From NCBI RefSeq assembly GCF_006345805.1, contig NC_043010.1:62744001-62808000 (forward strand): DNA of 64,000 nucleotides, in the 5' to 3' direction. The notes beneath the pieces were generated by a model. It saw only the letters and a list, made by a program, of their open reading frames with translations, searched no databases and was not told where the DNA came from. Every line of letters begins with the position of its first letter. Position 1 is the stretch's first letter. The position numbers were made by a program, and so were the translations under genes. The DNA is from Octopus sinensis (lineage: Eukaryota). Below are positions 10,671 to 23,933 of the stretch, in pieces.

Positions 10671-13600
10671 TTAAATGAAGGTACCAGTGAAATACTTGGA
10701 GAGCGATATAATTGCCTTGCTAAAATTAGAAATAGTTATTATTGCTGTGTCAGCAGAATCATTAGCATGTCGAACCAAATGTCTTGCAGTGTTTCTTCCG
10801 GCTGTTTATTTTCTGAGTTCAATTCCTGCTCAGTTCAACTTTGCCTTTCATCGTCCTGGGGTCAATGAAATAAAGTATCATTCAAGTAAAGGGGCCAATA
10901 GTATCAACTGCACCATTGTCCCCTCAAAATTGCTGGCATTGTGGCCTTGGGTCAGCAATGACTGAGCAAACATATGAACAAGGGCATTCCAGTTATGGCC
11001 ATCCTGCCTTTTGCTTACTGTGTGATATAAGGGAAATTTGGCCCCAATTGACCTTATTCAGGGAGTAGAGGAAGTGGATAGGTGATATCTGTTGTGATAT
11101 TTGGGTTTTTTTTCCTTTTCCTTGTGTTTCTGTGTTCAAATCTTACCATGGTTAGTAAACTAAATATTAGTTATGTTTGTGGGGTTAATAATTTTGCTTC
11201 TCAACCACGTCTTCCTTGATGTTTAACCTGCTTTAGATCAATATCTTCGGTATTATTTCACTATAAAACATGTCTTAGATCTGATAGTAAAAATTTACAA
11301 GGAAAAGGCTCAGAATTGAAGTGGGAGAGTGCAAAAATGTAAAAATTTCAGGTTTCTTGACAAAAAATATTCTTTCACGGAAGGAAACAACTACCTGATT
11401 CCTTACCCTTTTCTTTCTCCAAGAAATAATGTTAGCTATCAGAAATTGCATCCGAGACAGGTGTAATTCTAAAAAAATTTTCTGTGTCTTCTATTGATTC
11501 CCAGTGAGTGGAATTTGGTTGACAGAAACTGAGAAGGTGTGTGTGTGTGTAAGAATGTATATCATTGAATGAAGGATGTACAGACGAGTGAAAGTCCCAG
11601 ATAAAAAATGGTGTTTGTTGAATGAAGTCCCTTGAAATATTTATTCTACATGGAGATGCTAATATCCAACAAAAATTAAAAAATAAATATTCTAGAATTG
11701 ATTGACTCAATGAGACATCTTTTACATCCGTTCGGAAATTGAACTTTGAATTAATTAAATGTGTTATTTACCCAGCTAAACACCACAGATGAGGTTTTTT
11801 TCCAAATGACAAATCCATTCATTGCCTCCCAAAATATACCGGTCAAAATTTACCTCCTTTGTTTTTTTCGTTAATAAGAAAGCAAAATATACTCCATATT
11901 CATAAGCACATTGCTCTATCTGCTCAGTTTTTAAAATTTGTATTGTACAATTCCAGTATCCCATGAAAAATATTGCCCAACACATATCTTCATTAGGTTC
12001 CCCGTCCTAGATGTAGCTATCGCATCAGACACATCTGGTTACCTGTCCTAAATGTATGTCCATCTCTAGTAGGTCACAGTCTTAGACATGGCTAATCTAT
12101 GACACCATCTCCAGTAGTTGACCTTGCCCTAGATATGGCTGATCATCTCCAGTAGTGTTTAATTGCAATGAAGTTATATGACATTAGCTTTCACATTCAT
12201 ATGAACAGAGAACAGGTTCTGCAAAAACTGTTGGTCGTCCGTAGGAACGAAATACGTTACTGTGAAGTTTGCGAGTTTGGATAAGTTCTTATGCCACCGG
12301 AGACATTTTTGACCGAAATCTTTTTGTATTCCTAAACAACAGATTTCTTCTTCATCACGACAAATTAATCTAAACTCATTTCATTGTGATATAGGTGACT
12401 GATTGTGAAATGCTTCTTCAGTAAAGCATAGACCTCATTATAATAGTGATGGGAGAATCATTAAGTAAATGCACATGTAGGTGTAGAAAGATAGTAGAAA
12501 TGTTTAAATGATACCTAACTTTTAGATGCTTTTAAAGTCAGTCAAATTCCGCTGAGGTCAACTTTGTCTTTTATCCTTTTGGGGTCGATAAACTAAGTAC
12601 CAGTTGCATACTGGAGTGGATCTAATCGACTCCTCCGCCCCCAAATTTCTGGGCTTTGTGCCTTGAGTAGAAAAGAATATAGGTGACTGATTTCTTGGCA
12701 TTTCATTTTTTTTTGTTATCACAATAATCGCAAACAGTTGATTGATATTAAAAAAATTTGAAATTAAAAAAAATTTTTTCAGATTTAAATTATGATCTGA
12801 AAAAATTATTTTTTATAATTTTAAACTCTAAACGTAGTATTTAGGGAAAAATTTCCAAAAAGTTATAAAAACTTTTTTCTTTTTTTTTTTCTTTAAATCT
12901 GTGATTTCCATTGGATACAGGAATCCAGGAGGAAAAAAACTGGGACAAAATATTCATGTATGCCTGCTCAGGAGATTATCTGATGGTGTCAGTATTTCCA
13001 TTCTCATTTTCTGTTTATAAAACAAAAGAATACTGATTTATTGGTGTTTTTTTTTTTTGAGTCTTTATGTACCAAGATGTGGGTCTACTTGATCATAATA
13101 AGGTCAGAAGTTCAGACTTCACCTCTAACCACCATTACAGCCATTGTAACTTGACTTTGACCAAGACACCTATAGTATACCTGATACCTGGCTGAGAATA
13201 TAAAGGACTTCCACTCCTCACCTCACAGTTCAGTGAGGGGTCAGTAGGAACAGCCAGATGTGTCATAAACACTTTTCATAAACATATTACACCCAGCTTC
13301 CTGGTATAGATTTTATTGTTGTTGTTGTTGTTTATTGTTTTGTTTTTCATACCTAAATGGCTGTCCTATTGTTAACCGGTCAAGCATTAAGAGAGTGTAA
13401 CCTGTTCTCATTGAGGTGGGGCCATGTTATCTGCCTTGTTCCCTGGCACAACATTAATGGTCCTTAGGGTCAGTGCAGCCCAGTCATTTTACAGCCAATG
13501 TACCCTAACTATATTGTTGCTTAGTCCTTCTCAACAATGGTCAAAAGACATTCAGCCTTGACCACTCCCACCATTTGGGTATAAGTTTAGATCTAAAGCT

Positions 13601-13944
13601 AATATGTTTATATATATATATATAGTTCTTGAATTTATTCTTCATCTCTAATTATTCAAGAAGCTTAGTGTTTCTCTAGGAAGTTTCTAGAATGTCTAGC
13701 TTTCCATTAATAAAAACAGCTTACTAACCCTGCTCCTTGCTTCTTAGTCGATTAGACTTAGAGCCATTCACACCATTGCTATGTCCATTTATTTCTCTAT
13801 GCCACATGACTGAGAACCACCACTTAGCTGTTATTTCTATATTTTCTCTCCCCGAACTTTCTTGCATAGATTATTTCATTCAACTGGATTCTACATTTTC
13901 ATTTTATGTATCATCATCGACCAGTAAATAAAATGTATTTTTCA

Positions 13945-14290
13945 GGAGTGGCTGTGTGGTGGTAAGTAGCTTGCTTATCAACCACATGGTCCTGGGTTCA
14001 GTCCCACTATGTGGCACCTTGGGCAAGTGTCTTCTACTATAGCCTTGGTAGATAGAAACTGAAAGAAGCCTGTCGTATATATGTAAGTGTGTGTATATGT
14101 TTGTGTGTCTGTGTTTGTCCCCCTTGACAACCGATGCTGGTGTGTTCATGTCCCCGTAACCTAGCTGTTCAGCATAAGAGACCGATAGAATAAGTACTAG
14201 GCTTACAAAAAAAGTCTTGGGGTCGATTTGCTCAACTAAAGGCGGTGCTCCAGCATGGCCGCAGTCAAATGACTGAAACAAGTAAAAGAG
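13945..14290 (+). mobile_element. SINE family B (other + copies: ~670-980, 5770-6195, 20211-20568, 20735-21035, 57070-57215)
   Basis: Shared diagnostic motifs in all listed copies. Confidence 0.8.
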
Positions 14291-14300
14291 TATGCTAGAG

Positions 14301-14418
14301 CAGTGTAGTTCCCAACCTTTTCACTACCATGGACCCCTTTTTATTTAAATGAGTTTTTCCACAGACCCTAGAATATTGAAAGGTAGTACTGGGGGTCTTC
14401 TACCTTTGCAGACCACTG
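14301..14418. mobile_element. hAT MITE with 8-bp TSD
   Basis: Ends CAGTG...CACTG; identical TGCTAGAG at 14293-14300 and 14419-14426. Confidence 0.85.
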
Positions 14419-14859
14419 TGCTAGAGTTAAATATATTTTTTTTAAAAGCATTCATAGTAAATTATAGATTTGTCTCAATACGTCTGTTGGATTAAAGGGT
14501 ACAACTTGTGACTTATACTGGAAATTTGGAGACTTAACTGGGTAGAAATAGCAAGGCCACGAAGTGGTGTAACTCGCTGAAGGTCTGAATGTGATGTATT
14601 GATTGCCTTGAAAAATTTGTGCTTTTTTAATCTGTTCATAAAATTGTTTAGTTCTCAGCCATCCCTGATTGTGCAAAGCAACCCTTCTTTGGGATTACGT
14701 AGGACTGTTTTGTCTAATCTTTGAAGTAGTGATTACTGGGAAATTTGGTTGCTGTTTCTAGAAGGTCAAATAGCCATACATACCGTTTGTTCAAGTTATT
14801 ATATCTAGCAATTTTTAAGCTATTTCTCATATTTTGCCCATTTATTCTATTTTTATTTT

Positions 14860-15256
14860 ATACTAGCAGTATCGCCCGGTGTTGCCCGGGTTTGTTTCGA
14901 CCCTTTAGAATTGGAATTTTTGAAAAGTAACAATTTTGCATTATGTAGCTTGTTATTCTCTTTAAGTGAACATTTTTCTGGTTGAAATACACCAAAAAAA
15001 ATGGCGACACAGCAGTAAAAAATATCGTAAAAATAGGGATTTTCATAGAAAAAAAGCACCTTTTTTATGTAAATAATTTTTGGTGTTAACATGGTCCGTT
15101 TTGAATTTTTTCTTCTACAGAAGGAAGAGCAAGCCTTCTTCTATCATACTCTCAATTTTGGTCAACTTGCACCGCAGGGTCTCGGAGGAGATAGTGTTAG
15201 TTGAAGGCTACCAAACCTGCCATACACAGACAACTTCAGCTTTATATATAGAGAGA
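14860..15256 (+). mobile_element. Helentron/HINE (Lep1/DINE-1-like) non-autonomous rolling-circle element
   Basis: 5' TACTAGC..GCCCGG.GTTGCCCGGG and 3' ACACAGACAACTTCAGCTTTATATATAGA end architecture. Confidence 0.6.
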
Positions 15257-15619
15257 TTAGAAATGGTGAACAATACAGGTTTCTTATGAACCAATAGTTT
15301 ATTTCCTTGCATTTGGAGTGACAAGTCAGTGTCTGTCTGTTTGTAACTCAACGCAGAAACATCTCAAATGGCATGCCATTTCTAAATCACAGTACTTAAG
15401 TTTTTGTCGACAATATTTTCTCTATCCTCAACACTCACATATACATACAACAGGCGTCTGCATAATTTCTGTCTACCGAACTTTATTCCAATTGTCCAAC
15501 ATGCCATGCAATAGGATCGAACCTGCGAGGCGAAGTTCCATCTCAGCCAGTTTCCAAACCTGACCAGAGAGGCAACGGTATCAGACAAACGTGTATAAAA
15601 CGTAAAAATTTAAAGCAGT

Positions 15620-15846
15620 AAAATTTCATTGGATTTTAAAGTCCAGCCACTTCATGATATGTGGCGTGTTGCACAGATATGATAGCTAGCCAGTTGGCCG
15701 TCATCTCGACATATTTGTGGACTTAAAAGCAAGGAAGAGTCATCGAGGTCTTTTTCGTCTTCAGAGAACGACGCTGATTGGAAGCGAGGCTGCACTGGTT
15801 TGGGTGATAATTAAGGTGGTGGCGGCGGTGGTGGTGGTACGTAGGT
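15620..15846 (+). promoter_or_regulatory. Candidate promoter/first exon of the 25 kb ZNF gene
   Basis: CpG-containing non-repeat segment with two ATTGG motifs and a TAC|GTAGGT donor at 15840/15841. Acceptor-like tracts at ~24232 and ~24632 precede the CDS. Confidence 0.3.
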
Positions 15847-15924
15847 AGATAGAGAGGGGGAGGAGAGTTGGGGATGTAGTGAGGTAATAGATAGAGGGGG
15901 AGGAGACGGGGAAAAGAAAGACAT

Positions 15925-16050
15925 ACTGATAGATAGATAGATATATATATATATAGATAGACTGATAGATAGATAGATGGCTAGCTAGGTAGATAGATAG
16001 ATAAATGGATAGATAGATAGATAAGGTAGATAGATAGATAGATAGATCAA
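15925..16050. repeat. (GATA)n microsatellite
   Basis: Direct reading. Confidence 0.9.
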
Positions 16051-17460
16051 AAGTTGGCAGTCTACTCTGAAGTTTCGCCCCTGGCTGTTCACGAACTGGT
16101 GTGTATGTGTTTCTATATACATACATACACGTTTATGTATAAGGAGAGAGCGGAGAGATATATATACAGAACGAAGTGTTTGGAGGAGAGATGAAAAAAA
16201 ATTGCCTGAGTGAAATTAGAAAGAAAGAGAGAGAGAGAGAGAGAGTACGTGGGAGTATGAGGAGAGGTTGAATAGTGGCGGCGGTGGTGGTGGTGGTGAA
16301 GACTGCGGGTGTAATTAGACAGTGGAAGGTGGAGGGGGAAAAAGATGAAGTGGAGTCGGTGGGGGAGGAGGGTGGTAGCGGCGGTGGAGAAGCTTGTAAT
16401 TAGTGGAACGCGGGTGGGAGGAGGGAACGGGAGTGGTGGGAGTAATAATTATTATTAGGACGTAGTAGGGGAGGAGGAGGAGCAGGAGGAGACAGATTTT
16501 AGTCGTTGATGCGGTGGTGGTGGTGTTGGGGAGATGAAAGAGGTGGGAAGGTTGTTGTTCTCTCTGTTAAGATCTTCCTTCCACTTCGTTTAGTTTCCCC
16601 CTCACTCACTGCCAGCAACTGATTCCTCTCTTACCACTACCCTCTTTCTCTGTGAGGTGTTGGTGTATGAATGGTTGAGAGAAGGGGAGGAGGTGTACGT
16701 CTCTGTCTGTCTGGCTAATTGTTTCTCTCTCTCTCTCTCTCTCTTACTCTCCTCTACACACTCTCCCTTGCTGAGGATTCCCTTAGCTTAGTGTATGTGT
16801 GTGTGTATATACGTATATATATATATGTATGCGTGTCCTAGTTTACGTGTGTACGTTGAACACACACTACTGTAATATATGCATATGTTAACGTGTGTAT
16901 GCACAGGCTCTCACTGACACCCTCTCTCTATATCTCTATCTCTTTCACTGTCTCTTTACTTCTCTCTACTTCTATCACTCTCTAATTTTTTTCCTTTCCC
17001 CTCTACTCTCCCCCTCTCTTGTCACTTGTCAATCTTTCTCTTTCTCCTTCACGTTTTCTCTCTCTCTCACTTTCATCTCTTAATCTCTCTCTCTCTCTCT
17101 GTTTTTCTCTGTGTTGACTATGGACATGGCTGTCTGTCTATTGATTTTTCTCCTTACCAAATGGGATGGGGGGGATGTCACAGTACATCACCACCACCAC
17201 TATCATCTCTGCCATTCACACAACACCTCCACCACCGCTTCCCCCTCCACCTCCACCCCCCCATACTTTATTGATTGATCATTGATTGTGAAGCCAGATT
17301 TTTACACTACTCAAACTCACCCCCTCCTCCACCCCCATACCCCCAGCCCTCTCTCTCTCATTATCTCCCATTCTCACTCCTAGATGTTTTTATTTATTTT
17401 ATTTTTTCTTTTTCTTCTCTCTCATGACATAGCTTCACTCCATCTTGCTTGTCATCTCTT

Positions 17461-17820
17461 TCACACACACACACACACACACACTCTACCACCACCATCC
17501 ACCATCTCTTTCACACCACACTCTCTACCATCAAGTCCTCAACCATTACGCTGCACCGCCGCTACCATCACCACCACCACCACCACCAGCTACTGCCATC
17601 ATTATGCTTCATCATTCTTCACACATCCCTGTTCCCCTTCACCATCGCCACCACCACCACCACCACCACAGCTGTCATCACCGTCACCCCCCTCCTTTTC
17701 TTCCACCGCCACCATTGCCAACGCTATTCCATCACAACTCCCCCCACCCTCACCCTCCGCCGCATCAAAAGTCCTTACCCCACCCCAGTCCATTGCCTCC
17801 TGTTGCCATTGATACTACTA

Positions 17821-17851
<31 letters not shown>

Positions 17852-18204
17852 ACCACCACCATCCACCATCTCTTTCACACCACACTCTCTACCATCAAGT
17901 CCTCAACCATTACGCTGCACCGCCGCTACCATCACCACCACCACCACCACCAGCTACTGCCATCATTATGCTTCATCATTCTTCACACATCCCTGTTCCC
18001 CTTCACCATCACCACCACCACCACAGCTGTCATCACCGTCACCCCCCTCCTTTTCTTCCACCGCCACCGCCACCATTGCCAACGCTATTCCATCACAACT
18101 CCCCCCACCCTCACCCTCCGCCGCATCAAAAGTCCTTACCCCACCCCAGTCCATTGCCTCCTGTTGCCATTGATACTACTAACACACACACACACACACA
18201 CACA
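17461..18204. repeat. Tandem duplication, 2 x ~360 bp, bounded by (CA)n
   Basis: The copies differ only in trinucleotide run lengths. Confidence 0.92.
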
Positions 18205-19528
18205 TTCAGCGCTACCTCCATCCACTTCTCTGTTTGTGAAGCTGCCAGCACCCACCCACGAACCACCACCCCTACCCCCGACATCTCCGTTGCCATGGAC
18301 ACCATCAACCCCACACCACCAACCCCCGCCGCTGCCATCATCATACCGTTTGCTTGTTTTATGTTGCCAACCTTCACCGTCTACCATCTCCATCCCCCCC
18401 ACACCACAATCACTATGGCACATCCTGCCAATAGTCACCACCGCTACCATTGCCACCACTACCACCACCACCACCATCATCATATGTTCTGCCAACAACC
18501 ACCTCCATCACCACCACCACCACTACCACCAGTGCCAATAGTCTCCTCCTCTACCATCACCACCACCACCCTACATCCTGCCAATAGCTCAACCCCCACC
18601 CCACCGGCACCACCACCACCACTACCATTCAAACCACATGCCTTGCCAACAGCCATCACCACCACCCTCACCACACACACAGTAGCCACTACTAACTACC
18701 ATTGTTGTCATCACCAATCCTTCATACCATACACCTTGCCAATAGCCTCCACCTCCATCATCCTCTCTCCATCCTTTCCAATAATTTATACCCTGCTGCT
18801 AATAACTACCACCACCACTGACTACCTTCACCACCCAGAGCCCACCACTGCCATTGTCTTCACCACCCTTCTTACCTTGACAATAGCCACCACTGGCACC
18901 AGCATCCATTTACCACACATTCTGCCAACAGCTCCCAGTCTTGAGACCCAAGAATGACCACCACCACAAACAACTATCTCTTTATGTTTGTCACCCAACA
19001 ACCTGCTAGATATAGCAGCCAAATCACATTCTTGCAAAATTCAACAGAAAATAGTCATCTTGGAACAATGTAATAAAAAAAAAAAACCCTATTAAATATA
19101 CTTGACCAAGGGGCTCAAACACATCAAGGGAACATTGTCCAAGGTGATAATTTTCAGTGCCTGGTGGAAGGGTCTTCAAAAAACCGTTCCAAGATTATTT
19201 ATTTATTAATACTTTTAATACAAAAATTCTGAGACTGCCTCCTGTCTCTTTGATACAAACTTCTTGATTCAAAATCAGTGGCCCTCAATCATTTTCCCTC
19301 CCCCCTTCGATTCCTATTTTACTCTTGTGGACCCCTCATGGCCATTTGATATTTAAAAGAATTCTTGTAATTAAATATTATCAGGAAGTGTATATTAAAA
19401 TAATATTAAAATATTATTTTGTCAATTGTAGAATAATAATAATATTTTAACTAACAAAATCTTATATGGACCCCCTAAAGTTCATGTAGACCCCAGCCAT
19501 AAAATTACATTTACTGTTTTAATTTTAA

Positions 19529-20678
19529 CCATTTTGATGCAAAACTCTATGAAACTGCTACCTCTGTATCTATATTACAAATTTCTTTCCATTAAAATTT
19601 CCGTGTTAATTTATGTTCTAAATGAAGTTATGCTACTAAATTCTTCATTATTTCAAAAATTTATTGTCACAAAGACTTGAATTTCAACAGAAATATATTA
19701 AGAGGGTGACAGTGTTCTAAATCAAAAACCCTCCACCAAAATTTCATGTCAATTTATGTTGAAAACACAACTGAATTTTTGGCAAATTATATTTCGAAAT
19801 TCTTCATTATTCTCCAAATTAATTGAAAGCAAAAGCAGTTTATTTCAGCAGAAACAAGGTTAAAGTGATCTAAATTAAAAACTTCCATCAAAATTTCTTA
19901 TTAATTTGTTCCAAATACAATTAATAATGATGACAAAAAGTATTTTTTAAAAAGTTCCTTCATTATTTAAAAAATTACCTGAGACAGTGGCATTTCAAGA
20001 GAAGTATGGTAACTAAAGGGTTAAAGTGATCTAACTAACCTTCCATCAGGATTTTTTATCAATTTTGTGTTCCAAACACTGGCCTAATTTACACTAATCA
20101 TTTTACTAGACAGTTCATTATTTTCAAAATTAATTAAATCAGAGGCAGACAGTTTCAATTAACAAAAGGGTTAAAATGATTTAAATTACAAACCTCCCAT
20201 CACAATTGCATGTGGCTGTGTGGTAAGTAGCTTGCTTACGAACCACATGGTTCCGGTTTCAGTCCCATTGCGTGGCACCTTGGGCAAGTGTCTTTTACTA
20301 TAGCTTCAAGCCGACCAAAGACTTGTGAGTGGATTTGGTAGCCGGAAACTGAAAGAAGCCCGTCGTATATATATATGTGTGTGTGTGTGTGCCCCTGTTT
20401 GTCCCCCCAACATCGTTTAACAACCGATGCTGATATGTTTACATCCCTGTAACTTAGTGGTTCAGCAAAAGAGACTGATAGAATAAGTCCTGGGGTCGAT
20501 TTGCTTGACTAAATGCGGTGCTCTAGCATGGCCACGGTCAAGTGACTGAAACAAGTAAAAGAGTAAAAACATCAGCTTTTTGTGATGGATAAAGTGGTTT
20601 TGCTAAATTCTTCATAATATTCGAAATCAATTTAGACAACGGTCAGTGTCTTTCAACAGAAATATTTTGACAAAAAGG
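19529..20678. repeat. Degenerate tandem array (~5 x 150-160 bp) of the MITE-1-like right half, interrupted by a SINE (20211-20568)
   Basis: Recurring ...taaattcttcattatt...caacagaaatat..taac.aaagggttaaagtgatctaaat units; ends near 19705, 19860, 20020, 20170 and 20678. Confidence 0.65.
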
Positions 20679-20800
20679 TCAAAGCATCAGACACAAAATA
20701 TTCCACTCACCTGAACAACAAAGTTCTCTAGCCTCAGACCAATCAAAAGCCTTGCGAGTGGATTTGGTAGATGGAAACTGAAAGAAGCCTGCCATATATC

Positions 20801-20833
<33 letters not shown>

Positions 20834-21385
20834 CTATGTTCAAACCCTCCGTCTTCGCTTGACAACCAATGCTGGTGTATTTATGTCCCTGTAACTTAGC
20901 AGTTTGGTAAAAGAGACCGGCAGAATAAGTACTAGGCTTACAAAGAATAAGTCCTGGGGTCGATTTCTTCAACTAAAGCCCTTTGAGGCAGTGCTCCAGC
21001 ATGGCTGCAGTCAAATGACTGAGACAAGAAAAGAATATATATATATATTCTTTTACTTGTTTCAGTCATTTGACTGCAGCCACATATGTATATTATTTTG
21101 TATTTTTAGAGGGTCATTATGCCAATAAAAATTGTACACACACACTGGTTTAATATCACTTCTTTATTGTCAATTAGTTGGTTAAATATCTAACTAACTA
21201 ATTGACCAGTCATTTGTTTAGTGTGTTGGTTAAACAATCGATTGATTGCTTAACCAGCATGTTAAAGGACTGATATGGGAACAATGCGTGTGCTTATTGT
21301 TATTTGTGTAATAGCTGTCCCAAGAATCTTCTTGTAAACCAAATTTTAAAATGAAGTATATAAATACATATATACATATACACAT

Positions 21386-21586
21386 AAGGTGGCGAGCTGG
21401 CATAAACGTTAGCACGCTGGGCGAAATGCTTAGCGGTATTTCGTCTGTCGTTACGTTCTGAGTTCAAATTCCGCTGAGGTCGACTTTGCCTTTCATCCTT
21501 TTGGGGTTGATGTAAACGACTTAATCTCTTTGTCTGTCCTTGTTTGTCCCCTCTGTGTTTAGCCCCTTGTGGGTAATAAAGAAATA
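21386..21586 (+). mobile_element. SINE family A
   Basis: Same head, body and ...aaagaaata tail. Confidence 0.85.
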
Positions 21587-21595
21587 TATATATAT

Positions 21596-21638
<43 letters not shown>

Positions 21639-21824
21639 TACATATACTTATATATATCTATCAGATTGGAACCTTGTGCAGCCTCCCCCTCTGTTAACTT
21701 GTCCTGTTTTCCATTTTTTTCTCATTGTTTATGTATTTCACTCATTTTTTCCCCTCATTTGTTTACATATTTCATACTATTTGCACCTGTACCCATATAT
21801 GCATGTGTATATATATATATATAT

Positions 21825-22214
21825 CAGGCACGTGGCGTGAGTGAATTATTCAGGGTAGGCAGTTGGTGACGTTTATGTAGTAAAACACAAAAAAACTAAG
21901 TGAAACACAGGCTAGATTTACTTTTGCCTTTATAGCATTTAAAGAAAACGGTGTTGTAGGAGTGTACGCAGCATGTGTGCTACAGCAGTAATGTGCATAG
22001 CTTAAATACTGAGATTGAAAAGCTGGGGTGAATTATGCCTACCTAATGTACAAAACAATAAAATATTTTGCATTTTATACATAGTATTCAGAGTAACCTT
22101 CATAATTTTATTGAATTAGGTGCATATTTTGCCATGAAAGGAAAATGTTGCTATTGATCAATTTTATTCATGGTAGGCACTGCCTACCTTGCCTACCCAG
22201 GTGATACGTCCCTG
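21825..22214. mobile_element. Non-autonomous hAT-like element inserted in (AT)n
   Basis: Termini CAGGCACGT / ACGTCCCTG; subterminal GGTAGGCA motifs and a GGTAGGCACTGCCTACC palindrome. Confidence 0.6.
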
Positions 22215-22238
22215 ATATATAAATATATATATATACAT

Positions 22239-22285
<47 letters not shown>

Positions 22286-22605
22286 TATATATATACATAA
22301 ATATATATCAGATTGGAGCCTGGTATATATACATATAAATATATATCAGATTGGAGCCTGCAGCTGCTGGCTTTTTGGGTCTCAGTCAAACCATCCACCC
22401 CATGCCAGCATCAGACATTAAATGATGATAATATATATATATTTATATTTATATTTACCATGTAAAATACCATGAAAAATATGGGAAAGATATGGTATAT
22501 AATTTCTTTTGTGTTGGGTTTCCTTCAAACTTGTAATTTATTTTATGGGTTATGCAAAGGTAAAAAAGTTGAGAAACACTGCTCTAGGGGCACATAGAGA
22601 AAATT

Positions 22606-22896
22606 TTGGGGTTCTCGAAGTCTGTGGCGAAAAGGAAAAAACACTGGAATTTTGAAGGAATCACATGCAATCAACTGAAGATGACTTCTTTGTCTGGGAA
22701 ATATGTCTGGACAGCACTTTTGTTCTTTCCGTCTGTGTTTCCTTGTGTGAATAGAGGTTTCCAGGAATGTTTTATAACCAAAGACAAATTTCCTGCAAGG
22801 CTGTCAATTGAGAATGACATGTGGGTGTGTCTTTCTGAAGCTCTGTCTGTAATTGAGTTACTCGTTATAAAGAACCAACCTATTCTATCCAATTAA
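22606..22896 (+). mobile_element. hAT (Charlie/ZBED8-like) transposase C-terminal dimerisation-domain remnant
   Basis: ALLFFPSVFPCVNRGF...KDKFPARLSIENDMWVCLS...KNQ..SN* resembles FPSTYLCE.GFS...K.K.RNRL..E.D.R..LS...KQ..SH*. Confidence 0.65.
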
Positions 22897-22989
22897 AATT
22901 GTCGTCATCATCATCATCCTTTAATGGACATCAAAGGAGGAGGATGATGTAATATTAAATAAAATAAAATTCAATTCATAAATATAGGA

Positions 22990-23700
22990 ACAAGATCAGA
23001 GATTTAAGGAGAAGGGGCAGTTGATTATATTGGCCCCAGTACATGACTGGTATCTTATTTTATTGACCCTGGAAGAAATGATAGGCTTAGCTGACTAAAA
23101 ATGGGACTTTTCTTTTTATCCTTTCGGGTTCGATGAAATGGGTGTATTACGGTCACTGTAATTAACTGCCCCCCCCCTCCAATTTCAGACCTTGCACCTA
23201 TAACTGAAAAGATTATTATTGTTGTCGTAGGGTTCAGATGTCACCAGGGTCGTTTCAGGATTGATAAAATAAGTACTGGGGTCGATGTAATCGTTTTACC
23301 ATGTCCTTTGAAATTGCTGGCCTTGCACCAAATTTTGAAACAGTTGTCGTTGCGAAATGCTTAGCGGTATATCACTTGCCAATACGTTCTGAGTTCAAAT
23401 CCTGCTGATGTCGATTTTGCCTTTCATCCTTTTGGGGTCAATAAATTAAGTGCCAGTCAAGTACTGGGTTCAATGTAATCAACTATACCCCTCCCCACAA
23501 ATTCCAGGCCTTGTACCTGCAGTAGAAAGGATTATCATTATTTTTGCTAAGGGTAGAAGGGAGCTGGCAAGGGTCACTACGGTATCTGACAAATGGCTTC
23601 TTTTCTTCTGGTCATGACATTCTGAGTTCAAACACCACTGAAGTCAACATGACTTTTCATCATTTCAGGGTTTATAAAATAAATCAGTTAACACCGGTGG
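22990..23700. mobile_element. Stack of partial SINE A copies
   Basis: Body and tail motifs at ~22990-23120 (-), 23260-23345, 23350-23535 and 23540-23700 (+). Confidence 0.65.
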
Positions 23701-23933
23701 GGGAGGGGTTGTTTTACAAGTTGCAAGGTATTCTCAACAGTGCTGTCTCCCACCCCACATCACCCCATGCTCCGTTAAAGTGATTGGTAAATTAGCAAGG
23801 GAATCCAACCATGGCAAATCTGCCGAAGACGACATTTGAACTTGATTTGTCAGACATCTTCAAACTGGAAAGCAAACATCAAATAATGATGAAAATGTTA
23901 TGTGTGTGTGTGTGTGTAATATAATTGTAATAT

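Larger units (their letters stand above)
8985..10950 (+). mobile_element. SINE A copies (~8985-9100, 9925-10125, 10770-10950)
   Basis: Same head and body motifs, diverged. Confidence 0.7.

Noticed and set aside
14452-14676. Possible Penelope RT remnant
   Set aside because: Only vague similarity, with no intact diagnostic motif.
17449-18957. 502-aa His/Thr/Pro ORF
   Set aside because: It spans (CA)n runs and the tandem duplication, with overlapping ORFs in other frames; best explained by composition.
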